63,269 bases of DNA, filler included, from Octopus bimaculoides (GCF_001194135.2; 5 parts of 5 records of this genome joined end to end with filler, not necessarily neighbours in it); one strand, 5' to 3'. Shown: positions 1-13,804, numbered from the whole stretch's first letter. Notes: a model not told the origin generated them from the letters alone. Numbers and translations: made by a program.

Positions 1-695
1 TATATATATATATATATATGTCATCGTAATGTTAGCGATTCGGCGTATGAGAATCCGATCAAATAAGTAATAGATTTTAAAACAATAAGCACTGGTGTCA
101 ATTATTTTCCTTATACCCTTCATAAAGGTGCTGAGATATGACCACAGTCCAGTGACTAAGAGAAGTAAAGAAAGGTGAAAGAAGAATTTGTGAAATTTGT
201 GTTCTATGTTTAAAATTTCTACAACTCAAATAAGCTGTTACTAAGAGATGTTTCTCTTTATTTATTTTCTTTCAAATCTTTCAAGCTTATTCACCCCTAA
301 TGAAAGTACACGGGTCTTTTGAGTTAGTGCTTGAACACTACCATTTGAAAAACTCACGTGTGTAAGATCACATACAGGATTCTATTTTGTTTCGTAATAA
401 ATAAATTTAAGTATGATATATTCTATATATCCTAAAACATCTGTTTATTTTTGCCTTATTTCGTTGGTTCCACTTAAAATTCTTTACGCATGAATTACTT
501 TCTTGTAAGCAAAAAAAAGAAAAAAAAAGAGATAGAAAGAAAGAGAGAGAGAGAGAGTTATCAGCATCACATACATACGAAATGCATACATATACAAACA
601 AACACACATATGCATACATGTACGTATTTATATATATATTCATATAGTATCAGTATGCTTAAACGAATGCACATTCATATACACACATATCTATG

Positions 696-727
<32 letters not shown>

Positions 728-1107
728 TGTATGTATGTATATGTGTATGTATGTATATGTGTATATGTATGTATTGTTTTTACTGTCCTGTTTTTGTTAC
801 CAACTTTGACCCACCGCAAATCAGAAATTATATCTAATTTTCTTTGTGGGAGTAACTGTTTTGACGAAGACGCATCTTGTCGTAATGCTCGAAATGTGGA
901 GTAGATAAAACACCCGACAACTGATGAAGGGTTGTTCTTTATAGCTAGCTATATATTTACCTATACACGCCACCCCACGCACACACACTTACACACACAC
1001 ACACACACACTTACACACACACCCATTTCTATATATCCTTATATATACACATTTGTATATCTATTTATATAAACACACATTTATACATATATATGTATAT
1101 ATATATA

Positions 1108-1142
<35 letters not shown>

Positions 1143-2588
1143 NNNNNNNNNNCATGCATAAATATATATATATATATATATACCTTCATACATAGAGAAC
1201 AGCTGATTTTTTATGCATGCTCCAATGTTTCAATAAATAAGGTATACATGCTTACATACATGCTCACACACGCGCACACACAGAGGTGGATAGATGAATA
1301 GATAGACTGAGAGATAGATAATAGACGGATGTATATATTTATAATTGCATAAGTGTGTATATAAGAAATCTTTAGATGCACATGCTTACACACTCACATG
1401 TATGTGCTTGTGCATGTCTGCGTATGTAAGTGTGTGTTTATGTATGTAACACCATACGTATAGAAGGTCTTTTATTTCATTGGTTTTTGCTGCTTCAGAT
1501 TTCATGATATTCTGACTCCGATTTAAGGATTAAGCTTATTGTAATTACACGCATGCATAATTTAATTGCTCACAAGCACACATAAAAGCACACACATGTA
1601 CACAAAATATATTTTCTTTAAACATTCTCTTAAGAAAAATTTCCCAAAAATAACGAACTGAAGTAGATAAAGATATTATAGAAATTCCTTTAATTTGTTT
1701 TCTTTTTTGCAAGAGGAGTCAAAACAAAATATCTTTATTGTGTAGTTGTTTTCTCTGCATTTCTTGGCCTTAATCCTGTTGGATGTGATTTCCGAGAACA
1801 ACATTTTTCTCTCGTAAACATATTCGTCAGTAGTTTCGTCAAGGCAACCGTAGATTGCTGATAGCGACAACAATCAAGTGTAAAAGAGTGCAAAGGAATT
1901 CAACATCGACAAGTATAAATCACAGACAGTAAAAACATTTTTAGTTTTTATTCTTTGTTTTCGTTGCTTTCTTTTTTGCAGCTTTATTATTGAGAGTGCT
2001 TTTTTTTAATGTATTTTATTAAGTGAAAAGCCTGACTCAATCGAACCGGACAATAGCTGTCGCATAACAGCCACTTGCATCGACAAATATTATGGTAATA
2101 CTGCAAGATAAAGTCATACACGATATAAATACATAGTTGTGTAGTATAGATTAAAGAATCGTATTTTGTAATGAGGAATAATAGTCTTTTTATACCATAG
2201 AAACAAAATAGAATGATGAACATTTCTTTTCTGCACACACACATATACACACACACACATACAAGGAGAAAAATAGAGAGAAACATCTACACATATATAA
2301 ACAGACATGCATACATAATAGACTTATAGGCACACACGTTGAATCCTCAAAAATACGCAGATATGAAATCGTCATCGTTATTTTCCCCAAATTTTTCCGT
2401 TGACTTTTCATACATTTTCAAAGCTTCTAAGGGAGTTTCATTCTAATAATTGCTGAGATAGCCCAAGTTAACCGAAGTCTTTTAACCTCACTTTAGTTCA
2501 TTTGTACGATCCTATGTATATCCTACATATAAGATGGGTTTGTATGCGTGGCACCGGAACATATTGTCGATGACTTTGGTCAGCAAAC

Positions 2589-2616
2589 ATCTATCTATCT
2601 ATCTATCTATCTATCG

Positions 2617-2699
<83 letters not shown>

Positions 2700-2735
2700 C
2701 ATGTATGTATGTATGTATGCATGTATGTATGTATC

Positions 2736-2769
<34 letters not shown>

Positions 2770-2791
2770 TGTATGCATGTATGTATGTATC

Positions 2792-2825
<34 letters not shown>

Positions 2826-2834
2826 TGCATGTAT
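2589..2834. repeat. compound (CTAT)n/(ATGT)n microsatellite
   Basis: Directly visible tetranucleotide runs. They produce the spurious YLSI/MYVC ORFs. Confidence 0.95.
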
Positions 2835-4639
2835 GGGTCTGTCCGCCTGTCTAAATATATACATACGTATATATATATATATATATCAAATATATATTTA
2901 TATATTCCTCTATTGTTGCATTGTTTCAGAGAATGCGAAAGTTTGAAATGTAATAAAAGAAGAATTCTGGCCTTTATTGACCGTTATTTTATATTTACTC
3001 CGCCATTACTCTCCAATACAATGAGAATACTTTATACATTTGAAGAAGCTAAGTTCTTCCGTTTATAGATTATACAGCAAAAATCTCACAAAATCTTGTC
3101 CAGTACATTAGTGTCTTCACTTATTAGATTACAAACAGTTTCTCTGATCTTAAATGTTCTTTAGCCAGATAAAGAATATAAAGAAGAACGGTATTAACTA
3201 ATATAAACGAAGATTACATGCCCTCACTTGTTATTATCTGATCTGCTACCTGGTTTGTAGGACAGGAAGAGTACTTGGACCTGTGCCAATCTGACGAAAT
3301 AATATTAGAAACTTACGTGATTCTATTAATTGTATACAATATTTTAATCCTTGGAACCATGGTGCGGAGTAAATGCAAATGCTCATNNNNNNNNNNNNNN
3401 NNNNNNNNNNNNNNNNNNNNNNNNNNNNNNNNNNNNNNNNNNNNNNNNNNNNNNNNNNNNNNNNNNNNNNNNNNNNNNNNNNNNNNNNNNNNNNNNNNNN
3501 NNNNNNNNNNNNNNNNNNNNNNNNNNNNNNNNNNNNNNNNNNNNNNNNNNNNNNNNNNNNNNNNNNNNNNNNNNNNNNNNNNNNNNNNNNNNNNNNNNNN
3601 NNNNNNNNNNNNNNNNNNNNNNNNNNNNNNNNNNNNNNNNNNNNNNNNNNNNNNNNNNNNNNNNNNNNNNNNNNNNNNNNNNNNNNNNNNNNNNNNNNNN
3701 NNNNNNNNNNNNNNNNNNNNNNNNNNNNNNNNNNNNNNNNNNNNNNNNNNNNNNNNNNNNNNNNNNNNNNNNNNNNNNNNNNNNNNNNNNNNNNNNNNNN
3801 NNNNNNNNNNNNNNNNNNNNNNNNNNNNNNNNNNNNNNNNNNNNNNNNNNNNNNNNNNNNNNNNNNNNNNNNNNNNNNNNNNNNNNNNNNNNNNNNNNNN
3901 NNNNNNNNNNNNNNNNNNNNNNNNNNNNNNNNNNNNNNNNNNNNNNNNNNNNNNNNNNNNNNNNNNNNNNNNNNNNNNNNNNNNNNNNNNNNNNNNNNNN
4001 NNNNNNNNNNNNNNNNNNNNNNNNNNNNNNNNNNNNNNNNNNNNNNNNNNNNNNNNNNNNNNNNNNNNNNNNNNNNNNNNNNNNNNNNNNNNNNNNNNNN
4101 NNNNNNNNNNNNNNNNNNNNNNNNNNNNNNNNNNNNNNNNNNNNNNNNNNNNNNNNNNNNNNNNNNNNNNNNNNNNNNNNNNNNNNNNNNNNNNNNNNNN
4201 NNNNNNNNNNNNNNNNNNNNNNNNNNNNNNNNNNNTATGTTTATAGGTGAGAGACAAGTATTCTCAAAATAGAATACATTTTGTAGTGCTCAAGAGATTT
4301 AAACGGTGTAGAATGTAGGGATAAGCAAGCTAGATCAACATATACAGTATGCTAAATACATTGAATGCAAGATATGTATACATGTATATACACAAAAAGG
4401 TCCGACATACACAGAATACAAATGATATAGAGAATTAAAGGGGTTGAAGAAAAGTATTATAAATCCAACAGCTGTTTCTGGCGGCTCGGTGGTTCAAAAT
4501 AACGTTTGTAGATTGATTTCATCGTAAGTTGAGATGAGCCTCCGTCTTCAGAGTCGAGCTCTTGAAGGAAAGAAGTTCAAAGATGGAATGGTTATGTGGA
4601 GAGCTAAGTGTATTAGAAGGGTGAATCGGGGTGGTATCC

Positions 4640-5196
4640 AGATACGAAATAGTGCGAGGAGAAAATGTGCTTCAAGAGTTTTATCCTTGGATGGAGCAGA
4701 CGTTTCGGCTTGATACTGTTGTTTCTTATACTGTGGTGCTTATCCAGGACTCCGCACCATGCCATGTGCCAAAAGCAACAAAGGCCTTCCTTGGTGAGGA
4801 GATTCCATTTTGAGTGAGAGCCAACATCTGGTCCAGTAATAGCCCAGATCTCAACATTCGTGATAACTTTTTATGGAGTGTACATCAAACAAAGACCAAT
4901 GCTTCTCCACATTCGAGTGCCAACAGTTCGAAGACCTCCATCGTACCTGTGACATGCAAAGCAAAAAAAAAAAAAAAGAAAGAAAAGCGAAAGGTTGTGA
5001 CAGCTGCAAACAAAAATTTCGTTCTCGTGTGGAGACAATAACTGCATAAAAGGGCGGCCATATTGAGTGATAAAAATTTCTCTTGTTATAAATGTTACAT
5101 TAAAATTATATCTTTCGGCTCCCATTAATTTTAATTTATTTATAACGAATTTTATGCTTCACAAAAATTGTCTCAATTTATCTGCAAGACCCTGTA
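4640..5196 (+). mobile_element. Tc1/mariner DD37D (maT/Bmmar1-like) transposon remnant: 3' part of transposase plus right terminal inverted repeat (TIR)
   Basis: One frame reads IQDSAPCHVPKATKAFLGEEIPF*VRANIWSSNSPDLNIRDNFLWSV, with 37 residues between the D of QDS and the D of NIRD. Downstream FRSRVETITA*KGGHIE is a Tc1/maT-type C-terminus. The element ends ...ctgcaagaccctg-TA at 5196. Confidence 0.8.
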
Positions 5197-5534
5197 TACA
5201 TACATACATTTTGTATGTAAAGCGGAGTTGCTACTGTATAAGTTAGAGTTCCACTTATATTACAGTTCTCAAGAGAGCTTCCAGTATAGCGGTTAGTCCA
5301 CCAATGTACTTAGTACTTAGATGATAGATCTCTCTAGCAGAATGCAATTAAATGTTCCCAAGAAGATCCATTGTAGTTAGGCATCCAAATGCACTAAAAG
5401 CATCCAATACCGAAATCCAGACACAACTGCAGAGGAGAAACTTGCATAATAACTAATATATATGTATATATATATAATATTTATTCTCCCATTCTAAAGC
5501 GTAACTTACAAAGCCTTTCGGGTTTGTTTATAAA

Positions 5535-5567
<33 letters not shown>

Positions 5568-5738
5568 NNNNNNNNNNNNNNNNNNNNNNNNNNNNNNNNN
5601 NNNNNNNNNNNNNNNNNNNNNNNNNNNNNNNNNNNNNNNNNNNNNNNNNNNNNNNNNNNNNNNNNNNNNNNNNNNNNNNNNNNNNNNNNNNNNNNNNNNN
5701 NNNNNNNNNNNNNNNNNNNNNNNNNNNNNNNNNNNNNN

Positions 5739-5787
<49 letters not shown>

Positions 5788-5807
5788 CTACATACACACA
5801 TATATAC

Positions 5808-5839
<32 letters not shown>

Positions 5840-7039
5840 GCACACACACAAATACATACACACATACACACACGCACACATAAGAATATAAGCACTTTTC
5901 ATTTCACTCCACACCATGTATCCAGGCTCTGAGATTCCATTCAATATTCGCGAGCAGTAGCAAAGAAATGTAAGTCATGCAGTTACAACTTTTGATAAAA
6001 TATATACCAGATACACGATTGTAGTGTATCTTCAGAGTCTATTGATATCGAAGTAGGACAAAGACAACGACGAATGTAACCCGTACTTACACTTTTACGT
6101 CATACTCAATTACTCAATCCCGGATGAAGCTTTTCTTTTTATGCAGGCAAATCTAATTACTAGTGCAATTTTATGTATTTTTTCGAAAATATATCCAAAG
6201 ACTATTGATTACATATATTGATATAAAGCCAGGAATTCTTTGGGGAGAGCTTTAGTTAATTGAGTCGACTCCAGTACAAGGCTGGTGTTTATAATCAACG
6301 AGATAAAAGACAAAGGACCTGTTTGCACTCAGAACACCAGACGATAAAATACAGTACGCAATTAATCTAGCGTTTTAGTCTTATTGCATCTCAACGCTTT
6401 TCTGAATATTAGTTTTCCCTTAGGTCATTCGTATTTTGTGACAAACAGATAGTGATAATGTGAATAGCTTTTGTAAGTAAATGAATTTGCATTTGAGAGA
6501 GCTCATGCACGTTTGTGATTCGAGCATGGGTTCAAACTCTTCGTGTTCATACATACATGCATACATATAAATTCACGCACACACACACATATGTATATAC
6601 ATACATATACATACATACACTCACATACATTCATGCATAAATATATACATACTTACATGCATACACGCGCATATAAATCATACACGTAATTATATAGTTA
6701 GAATACTTATCAGCCCGTTTCAACTGGACGTTGAGTACATAAAAATGTTAATCATTAATAGTTGTTACTAGGTCGTGTGGTTAATAAGTTCACTTTGCAG
6801 CCACGTGGTTTTGGGTTCAATTCGAAAGTGTGGCATTCTCACTGTCGTGCAATAGGACTTACGCAGAGTGGTGCTGCACCCGTAACTAAATATATTTAAG
6901 GGTAGACTAAAACTTTCTGCCTGAAATTGGTAGTGAGGTATTATTATTGATAATTTTTTTTATCTACATCGAGATCTATTTGTAAAAAGAAAAGTCTATT
7001 TCACGTTCTCTCGAAGTTTATAAATTCTTGAGGTCAGCA

Positions 7040-7186
7040 ATATACTATTCTCGCTGCTAAGAATGGACTACTTTGGTCCAACAGTAGAACGCCTATCATT
7101 TTATAAGAGGTCCGGGTTCGTGTCACAAACGAAATACCACTAAGCATTTCACCCGGCATGCTAACGTTTCTGCCAGCTCGCCGCCT
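7040..7186 (-). mobile_element. SINE family B copy (head GGCGGCGAGCTGGCAGAAACGTTAGC)
   Basis: Reverse complement of the head seen in many copies in the window: gctaacgtttctgccagctcgccgcc at about 7159-7184. Confidence 0.75.
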
Positions 7187-7289
7187 TTATAAGTAGTAAA
7201 TACTGTTAGTTCGTAGCTATGGCTTTTGGGTCCCCAGATGGTAGATAGGGTCTTTAGATATATATTAAAAGCAAATAACGACTGAGGCC

Positions 7290-7470
7290 ATTCTGCACCA
7301 AATATGATTTGCTATTTCGTAAAACGTAATAGAACCCGATAGCTATTACTAGTGAAATCTTTGGGAACTGCATGGTGGATGTATAATCTCGGCGAAAGTC
7401 ATCGATTGATAATGGCCTTGGCCAGACGGTGGTGGTCAGTGGAAGTTCTATCGAGTAAACGGCCAGGATC
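7290..7470 (-). mobile_element. possible highly decayed mariner transposase fragment
   Basis: Frameshifted reading HRLAKAIINR*LS/EIIHPPCSSQRFH loosely resembles the mariner PHTAK...EVLPHPPYSPD region. Weak. Confidence 0.3.
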
Positions 7471-7485
7471 ATCAAGTCCCGGAAG

Positions 7486-7790
7486 TGGGCGCAGGTAGGA
7501 CTGTGGTCTCGGGTGTGGTCTCACCACACATCATCTTGGGCAGGTGTCTTCGACTATAGCTCCAGGTATTGTGAATGAATTATCTCGATGGAAACTGGAT
7601 GGAAGCCTGTCTGACACATACACACACATGTATGTATATTTGTCCCTTTCTCAACAGTTTGACATATGTTAGTTTGTTTATGTCTCCGTAACGGTGCAGA
7701 CTGAAAATTATCTACCGAGTTCGAATAAACCCTTCAAAACGGTACCCCAGCATGGCCTCAGTCCAATGACTCCAACAATTGAAAGATAAG
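7486..7790 (+). mobile_element. SINE family A copy, degenerate
   Basis: Shares ggcgcagg head, cttgggcaggtgtcttcgactatagc core and ccagcatggcctcagtccaatgact tail with the copy at 41215. Confidence 0.7.
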
Positions 7791-8185
7791 TGTTTTGAAG
7801 CTAACGTCTATAGTTATGGCGAATTTAGACGTTAGTTAACTAAGAAAAACATGTCTGATTCGCAAAAAATCAGAGACAGCTCGGCAAGATGATGCTGATA
7901 TTGTTGACAATGTGATAAAATTGTTCATCACGGGTCGTAATTTAGATTTTCATCTGTCTAGCATAGATAAAAGAATAATACAATTATATACAAGTTGTTG
8001 AGTCAATTGTCTTAATATTTCTCAATAAATGTGTGAACGACATCAAACAAAAATATTTTTTAGTTTTGTCGTTTATCTCAATGGTTGTCTGTGTTGTTTC
8101 GATCTATTATCAAAAGTATTCTAGTCGTGAGCATTTGGTTTCTATTTTCCTAGAATAATATAGAGGATTACATACAACTTTGAGG

Positions 8186-8193
8186 TATAAATA
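8186..8193 (+). promoter_or_regulatory. candidate TATA box (TATAAATA)
   Basis: Exact TATAAATA about 75 nt upstream of a GTAAGT donor and 170 nt upstream of the small ORF at 8355. Such motifs also occur by chance in AT-rich DNA. Confidence 0.2.
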
Positions 8194-8354
8194 GCATCGG
8201 TTTTTGACATACCTTTATTAAGAAACATTTTCATGTCCCCAGCAGACAAAATGTAAAAGATAATATGTAAGTGGCTGGGACACTTTCGGATACGCAAAAG
8301 CTTTTCGTTTGGTTTCTTAAGTGCTGATATATATCTGTTTTTAGGCCTGATATA

Positions 8355-8486
8355 ATGTCTAAGAAGTTCACTATACTTATATTTCTGATTACTGTGATAT
8401 TAAAGCCGACCTATTTCAATGTGTCTTCTCAGAATCACAGTAAATATTTTAGGTCGCAGGTCATCTACAGACTGAAGTTTGGCTGA
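8355..8486 (+). CDS. hypothetical 43-aa secreted peptide precursor
   Basis: MSKKFTILIFLITVILKPTYFNVSSQNHSKYFRSQVIYRLKFG*. Signal-peptide-like N-terminus, upstream GT-AG intron candidate at 8267-8344, and AATAAA overlapping the stop codon. No homology recognised. Confidence 0.25.
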   Translation: MSKKFTILIFLITVILKPTYFNVSSQNHSKYFRSQVIYRLKFG

Positions 8487-8560
8487 ATAAAGCGAACTCC
8501 ATTTATCAAAAGAAATAGCGAAGTATTGCAACAGATAATTTCTAAATAAATAACATTGAA

Positions 8561-8630
<70 letters not shown>

Positions 8631-8886
8631 TTATTTATTTTAGACTGCTCGGGTTACTTTACAGATTAAGTCTGATATACATAGAAATATTAAATTAATT
8701 TAATATCTAAAATTAAAAATTGCCTGAATACCTGAGTTTGTACATAAATATACGCACAGGTACATTCATAATAGATAGATTATATGTATGTGTGTGTGTA
8801 TGTANNNNNNNNNNNNNNNNNNNNNNNNNNNNNNNNNNNNNNNNNNNNNNNNNNNNNNNNNNNNNNNNNNNNNNNNNNNNNNNNNN

Positions 8887-8941
<55 letters not shown>

Positions 8942-9370
8942 CATATATATGTATGTATGTACATATATATGTGTATGTATATATGTATCTGTGTATGTAT
9001 CTCTCTTCCACATTCTCTCTCTCTCTTGAGAACGCTCGGCAGATGCATATAGTTAGGATATACCAGATACACACATAAGTATATAAATATAAATCTATTC
9101 ATACATAAGTATAGATGCGTAAATGTACACATATATAGATGTATAAAAACGCACTTCTCCCTTTGAAAGTCAGTGCATACTGAAACAATATATACACAGA
9201 AATCTAAGACCATATGCTTAATCATATATAATCACATTACAATTCACTACATATGTGCATATATGAAAGAGGGGGAGAGAGAGTGTGTGTCTTTGAAAGT
9301 GGTGGCGTTTTTCTCTCTGCATGATTGTATTTGTGTGCAGGTGAGTCCGTTGAAACGTGGAGTAGATATA

Positions 9371-9405
<35 letters not shown>

Positions 9406-12400
9406 AAGGGGAAAAGTCGATGGAGTTTCAAATGTGTTTGTTTGTGGCGTTTTTGTCTGAACTCGTGCCTGTGTTTCGGTGTGGCTTCATGTTCATCGTT
9501 TCCATGAGATTTAAAGCGAAAACAGTTTGAGAATTCTTGTCTGTATGAGAGAATGTATGCCGAACAGTGAAAACTATGACAGTGTTGCGACTGAATATGT
9601 ATTCTGTTTGCGTCTAGCCTGTATGTGTTCACGGGTGATGGAATGGGAAGATAATTCTTCAGCTTGTTTTTCCAATTCAACTTGTTTACCATTCTTGCAT
9701 TGCAGCGAATCCTGCTAAAGTTGTTTACGAACAGTCGAGTTCTTCAATTCAGGAACCGTCTACCCCACGCCCCTCAGGGCTCTTTTAAACACTGGTGTCT
9801 CTTTCATTTTGCCTCCCACCATCACTCCCACGAACACCATCACTATCATCAGCAGTAACACGAATCAACGCACGCACACACACACACGCACACACACTCT
9901 GACTTACTCATATTTGCCTACTTTCAATTCATCTTTAAGCTTCTGCCTGTTTTCATCTTCATTTGTCTTTCAAATTATTATTTCATCTCTCCGTCCCTCC
10001 CCCTCTCACTCTCTCCTTTTCTTTCTCTCCTTCTCCCACCCCACCCTCTCTCTTTCTGCTTTCTGCTCTATTTGAGCGTGTGTTTATGTTGAAATGTAAG
10101 TTTATACATACGTATATAACTAACCAATTATCTCTCTCTCTCTCTTTTTATATTANNNNNNNNNNNNNNNNNNNNNNNNNNNNNNNNNNNNNNNNNNNNN
10201 NNNNNNNNNNNNNNNNNNNNNNNNNNNNNNNNNNNNNNNNNNNNNNNNNNNNNNNNNNNNNNNNNNNNNNNNNNNNNNNNNNNNNNNNNNNNNNNNNNNN
10301 NNNNNNNNNNNNNNNNNNNNNNNNNNNNNNNNNNNNNNNNNNNNNNNNNNNNNNNNNNNNNNNNNNNNNNNNNNNNNNNNNNNNNNNNNNNNNNNNNNNN
10401 NNNNNNNNNNNNNNNNNNNNNNNNNNNNNNNNNNNNNNNNNNNNNNNNNNNNNNNNNNNNNNNNNNNNNNNNNNNNNNNNNNNNNNNNNNNNNNNNNNNN
10501 NNNNNNNNNNNNNNNNNNNNNNNNNNNNNNNNNNNNNNNNNNNNNNNNNNNNNNNNNNNNNNNNNNNNNNNNNNNNNNNNNNNNNNNNNNNNNNNNNNNN
10601 GTACTATAATATATATATATATAAATACATGCGTGTATATGTTTATGTACGTGTGTGTGTTGTGTGTTTGTGTGTGTGTGTGTGTGCTGTATGCACATAC
10701 ATAAAAACAATCCTTTCATTCTCTCTTGCATCTGTCTTGAACTTTTCTTCTTTCTCCTTTTCGTTCTTGATTTATTCTTTCATCTTTATCCTCTTCCTTT
10801 CCCCTGTACTAATTCCACCCCTTTTGTCCGTTTATTCTCTGCTTTTATATCCTTCATCTTACGCATTCTCCTTTTCATCCATTCTCCCCCCCACACACAC
10901 ACCGTCTTTCTTGTTCTTATGTTTTCTTCGTCTTCTCTACATCTTCAATATTTCACCACCCTTTTTTTCTTTTCAAACTCTTGCTCTCTTCCCCACCACC
11001 GTCTTTTCTCTCTTCATATTTGTCTCAGTTACACCGTCTCTATCTCTCCTTTTCTTTCACCTCTCTCTCAATCTTTCAATCTTCTTATCGAGCTCCTATT
11101 GCCCTGTCTCCACTTCTCTCTCCTCATCACATGATATCCTTTCTCTCTACCTCTATTTCTCACTCTCTCAAACACACACAGTTCATGTCAATTCTTTATT
11201 GATATGTACCGACCTGACAAGCGTTTGACTTCCAATATAAGCTTTTTCAATTACCTTTGATATTCTTCAATTACTCCAAGTTTGTCCAAATTAATGCGTC
11301 TAACAATGCCTTTCACACACACTCAGTGATAACAAATAAGGTTATACGGGTTAATAAAAATTTAATTGGGTGAAGTAGAAATAAATGTAGTCGATAATGA
11401 ATATAATAAAGTAGCATTTATTCACCGTTTTATTGAAAACTATCTTTAAACAAATTTTATCTACAACTCAGAATTATTTATTGACGAAATTTATGACACA
11501 ATCAAAGATAACATTATACTATAACCTCAAATTCTATACTCTAATTAATAAAATAATGCTATCCTGAATCGGGCAATTGACAGAGTTGTCGTAGAAGCTT
11601 CAGGGGTTTCGCTTTGTGGTAATCTCTCAGACCCCCTTAACTCCGAGCTCAAAATCTACCGAAGTTATCTTTTCTTTTCATTATTTCAGGGGGCAATATT
11701 ATGAAGTACGAGATTTCTTGTAAGAATAAACTCGCCACAGGCTGAGCAGACAGCAGGTAAAATCTTCAAAGGAAGAACTCTCATCAAGCAAGTATTTTGG
11801 TCCGTTAGCTATCCGACATTCGAAGCGAGACTGCCCCATCTAGATCATAACACCGAATTGTCTTCCTGCTGCTTTCGACATGCCACCTTTTGTGAGATTG
11901 AGCTTGGAAACTTCAAGTGATCTTATTTCCCTGAACTGTGGTAAATATCGATTGGTTACGAAGGTCACTGGTTCGATATCACTTCTTTATTGCTAGTCAA
12001 TTGTTTAATGTGCTGGTGAAACAATCAATCAGCAATTTGTTTCTCAAAGTCGTTTCATCGCTATACGCAACCTCATCCAAATAAGAAGATGGGAACTATT
12101 ATGGCGTGATTGTATGATAGAGATGAATACAGGGATAAGGAAAGCAATCATTTTAAAACGAAATATGGAAACGAGAATGCATGTAAATGTAATAAACAAA
12201 TTGAATTTCAAAAACACGAAATAGCGATAAAAATGTGTATATGTTTTTTCTCATAAATGTAAAAATAAATCTTACATGGAAAATTCTAAGAATAAAGAAA
12301 AATAAGGAAAACTTTTTGAATGAAAAACGATCACAACTATGATAATTAAATAACTATATAACATACAATATATGTATACAATATAAAAGAAATATCATTT

Positions 12401-13721
12401 CTTCTATAGGCGCAAGGCCTGAAATATAAACTAAATATATACAGTATATGATAAAAGATATACAGAGGTGTGTGTGTATGTATGTGTTATGGTATTGATT
12501 TTTTGGAACAAAGCAGACGACGAATATTTTGAGATATTAGTGACTATACGGTTGTACATTCGCTTCATTTCTTTAAAAAAAAATTTAATCATTAAAATAA
12601 ATGTCTCATATATAACTGCTGTTGTATCAGCCTTTCAAGATAAATGAAACAAAAATCACGAAGATAAAAGCGGTTGCCTGTATAAAGGTGTGAGATATTT
12701 CTTTGTGAATTATTGACTTTTTTTCTTGGGTTTGTGGCAATAAAATACTTTGCTTTGTGGTGGCGAAGTGATATTCTAAAGCATTCTAATGTAAGTTAGC
12801 TTTCTTAAAAAGAAGTATGAACCTTTTAGGAATGTACTTACTGTAAATAAATACACGCACTTGAAACATTAGATTAAAATAACGATGCATATAACATTTA
12901 TGATATATATATAGCATATTTAAATCTCAAAAGTTTCAGAGAGACAAAATACAACAGTTATTGTCGTTCCATGATTTTATAAATATTATAAATGTTCTGC
13001 ACATCATTATTTACCTTAATAGAGTAGGTGTTCAATTTCTATTTGTGACAAATATTTGTTTTTTGAAATATATCCTAGTCGCAAATGCTATTTAGAAAGA
13101 TTATGAGAATTCTGGGAATAATTATTATCTCTCAATGTTTGTTTAGATCCATTTTTTTAGTAGACTATGACACATCTCAAAGGCGTTGAATATTGTATGA
13201 TGTTTCAGTGTAATGATTGTCATCAAAATGTATCTTAAAAATATGGTATATTAAGTGTTTGTATGTTTATGTTTTTGGTCAAGTAAAAAGGTGTAATAAG
13301 TTGAATGCTTTGTTTAATTTTCAAGTTAATGTATACATTTGAAAGGCCTTAAATGTATGGGCGAAAAAATTTAAAGTAATATGAAAACAATTAAAAGAGA
13401 ATAGGAGGTGGTGGAAATATATAGATAGACTGCATAAAATATGCAAAAGAATATAACAAATAAAGCGAAATATGAACATATCAATTATGAAATGTCTCGT
13501 CTACTGTGAAAGTATATAACCTCTGGAAGTTTAACAGCATACAGAGATACGTAGGGATTATTTGAATGCTCAATTATAAGTAGTTTTTAGCGAAGAGAAT
13601 TTCGTAAATCTCAACTGTGCACACATTACACGGTCTTGTATGTCTCTGAGAGGACTTTGAACGTGGGACGATTTTCAATTTCAAGCTCAGTTTTGCTTGT
13701 ATATGAGCGTGTGTGAATGTA

Positions 13722-13729
13722 TGTGTGTA

Positions 13730-13800
<71 letters not shown>
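13722..13800. repeat. (GT)n microsatellite
   Basis: Direct. Confidence 0.95.
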
Positions 13801-13802
<2 letters not shown>

Positions 13803-13804
13803 GG

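Noticed and set aside
3291-3320. HHR-like CTGACGA...GAAAC (also 41634 and 60679)
   Set aside because: No credible stem II or stem I, or a disallowed GUG triplet. These are chance matches.
2905-3386. GPCR pseudogene (LAFIDRYF followed by hydrophobic stretches)
   Set aside because: Only a DRY tripeptide and generic hydrophobicity, with multiple stops and no other rhodopsin-family motif.
3275-4272. 300-aa ORFs in the track (and similar ones at 10, 16, 20, 22, 27, 53, 55 and 59 kb)
   Set aside because: They read through N-gaps (X residues) and microsatellites and are not coding evidence.
9574-9714. Minus-strand exon QDSLQCKNGKQVELEKQAEELSSHSITREH...
   Set aside because: Weak acceptor, no recognisable homology, and a length expected by chance.
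11691-11720. 30-nt microexon (GQYYEVRDF) between a strong tttcag acceptor and a gtaaga donor
   Set aside because: Splice motifs alone cannot support it. The longer 67-nt version is closed in all frames.
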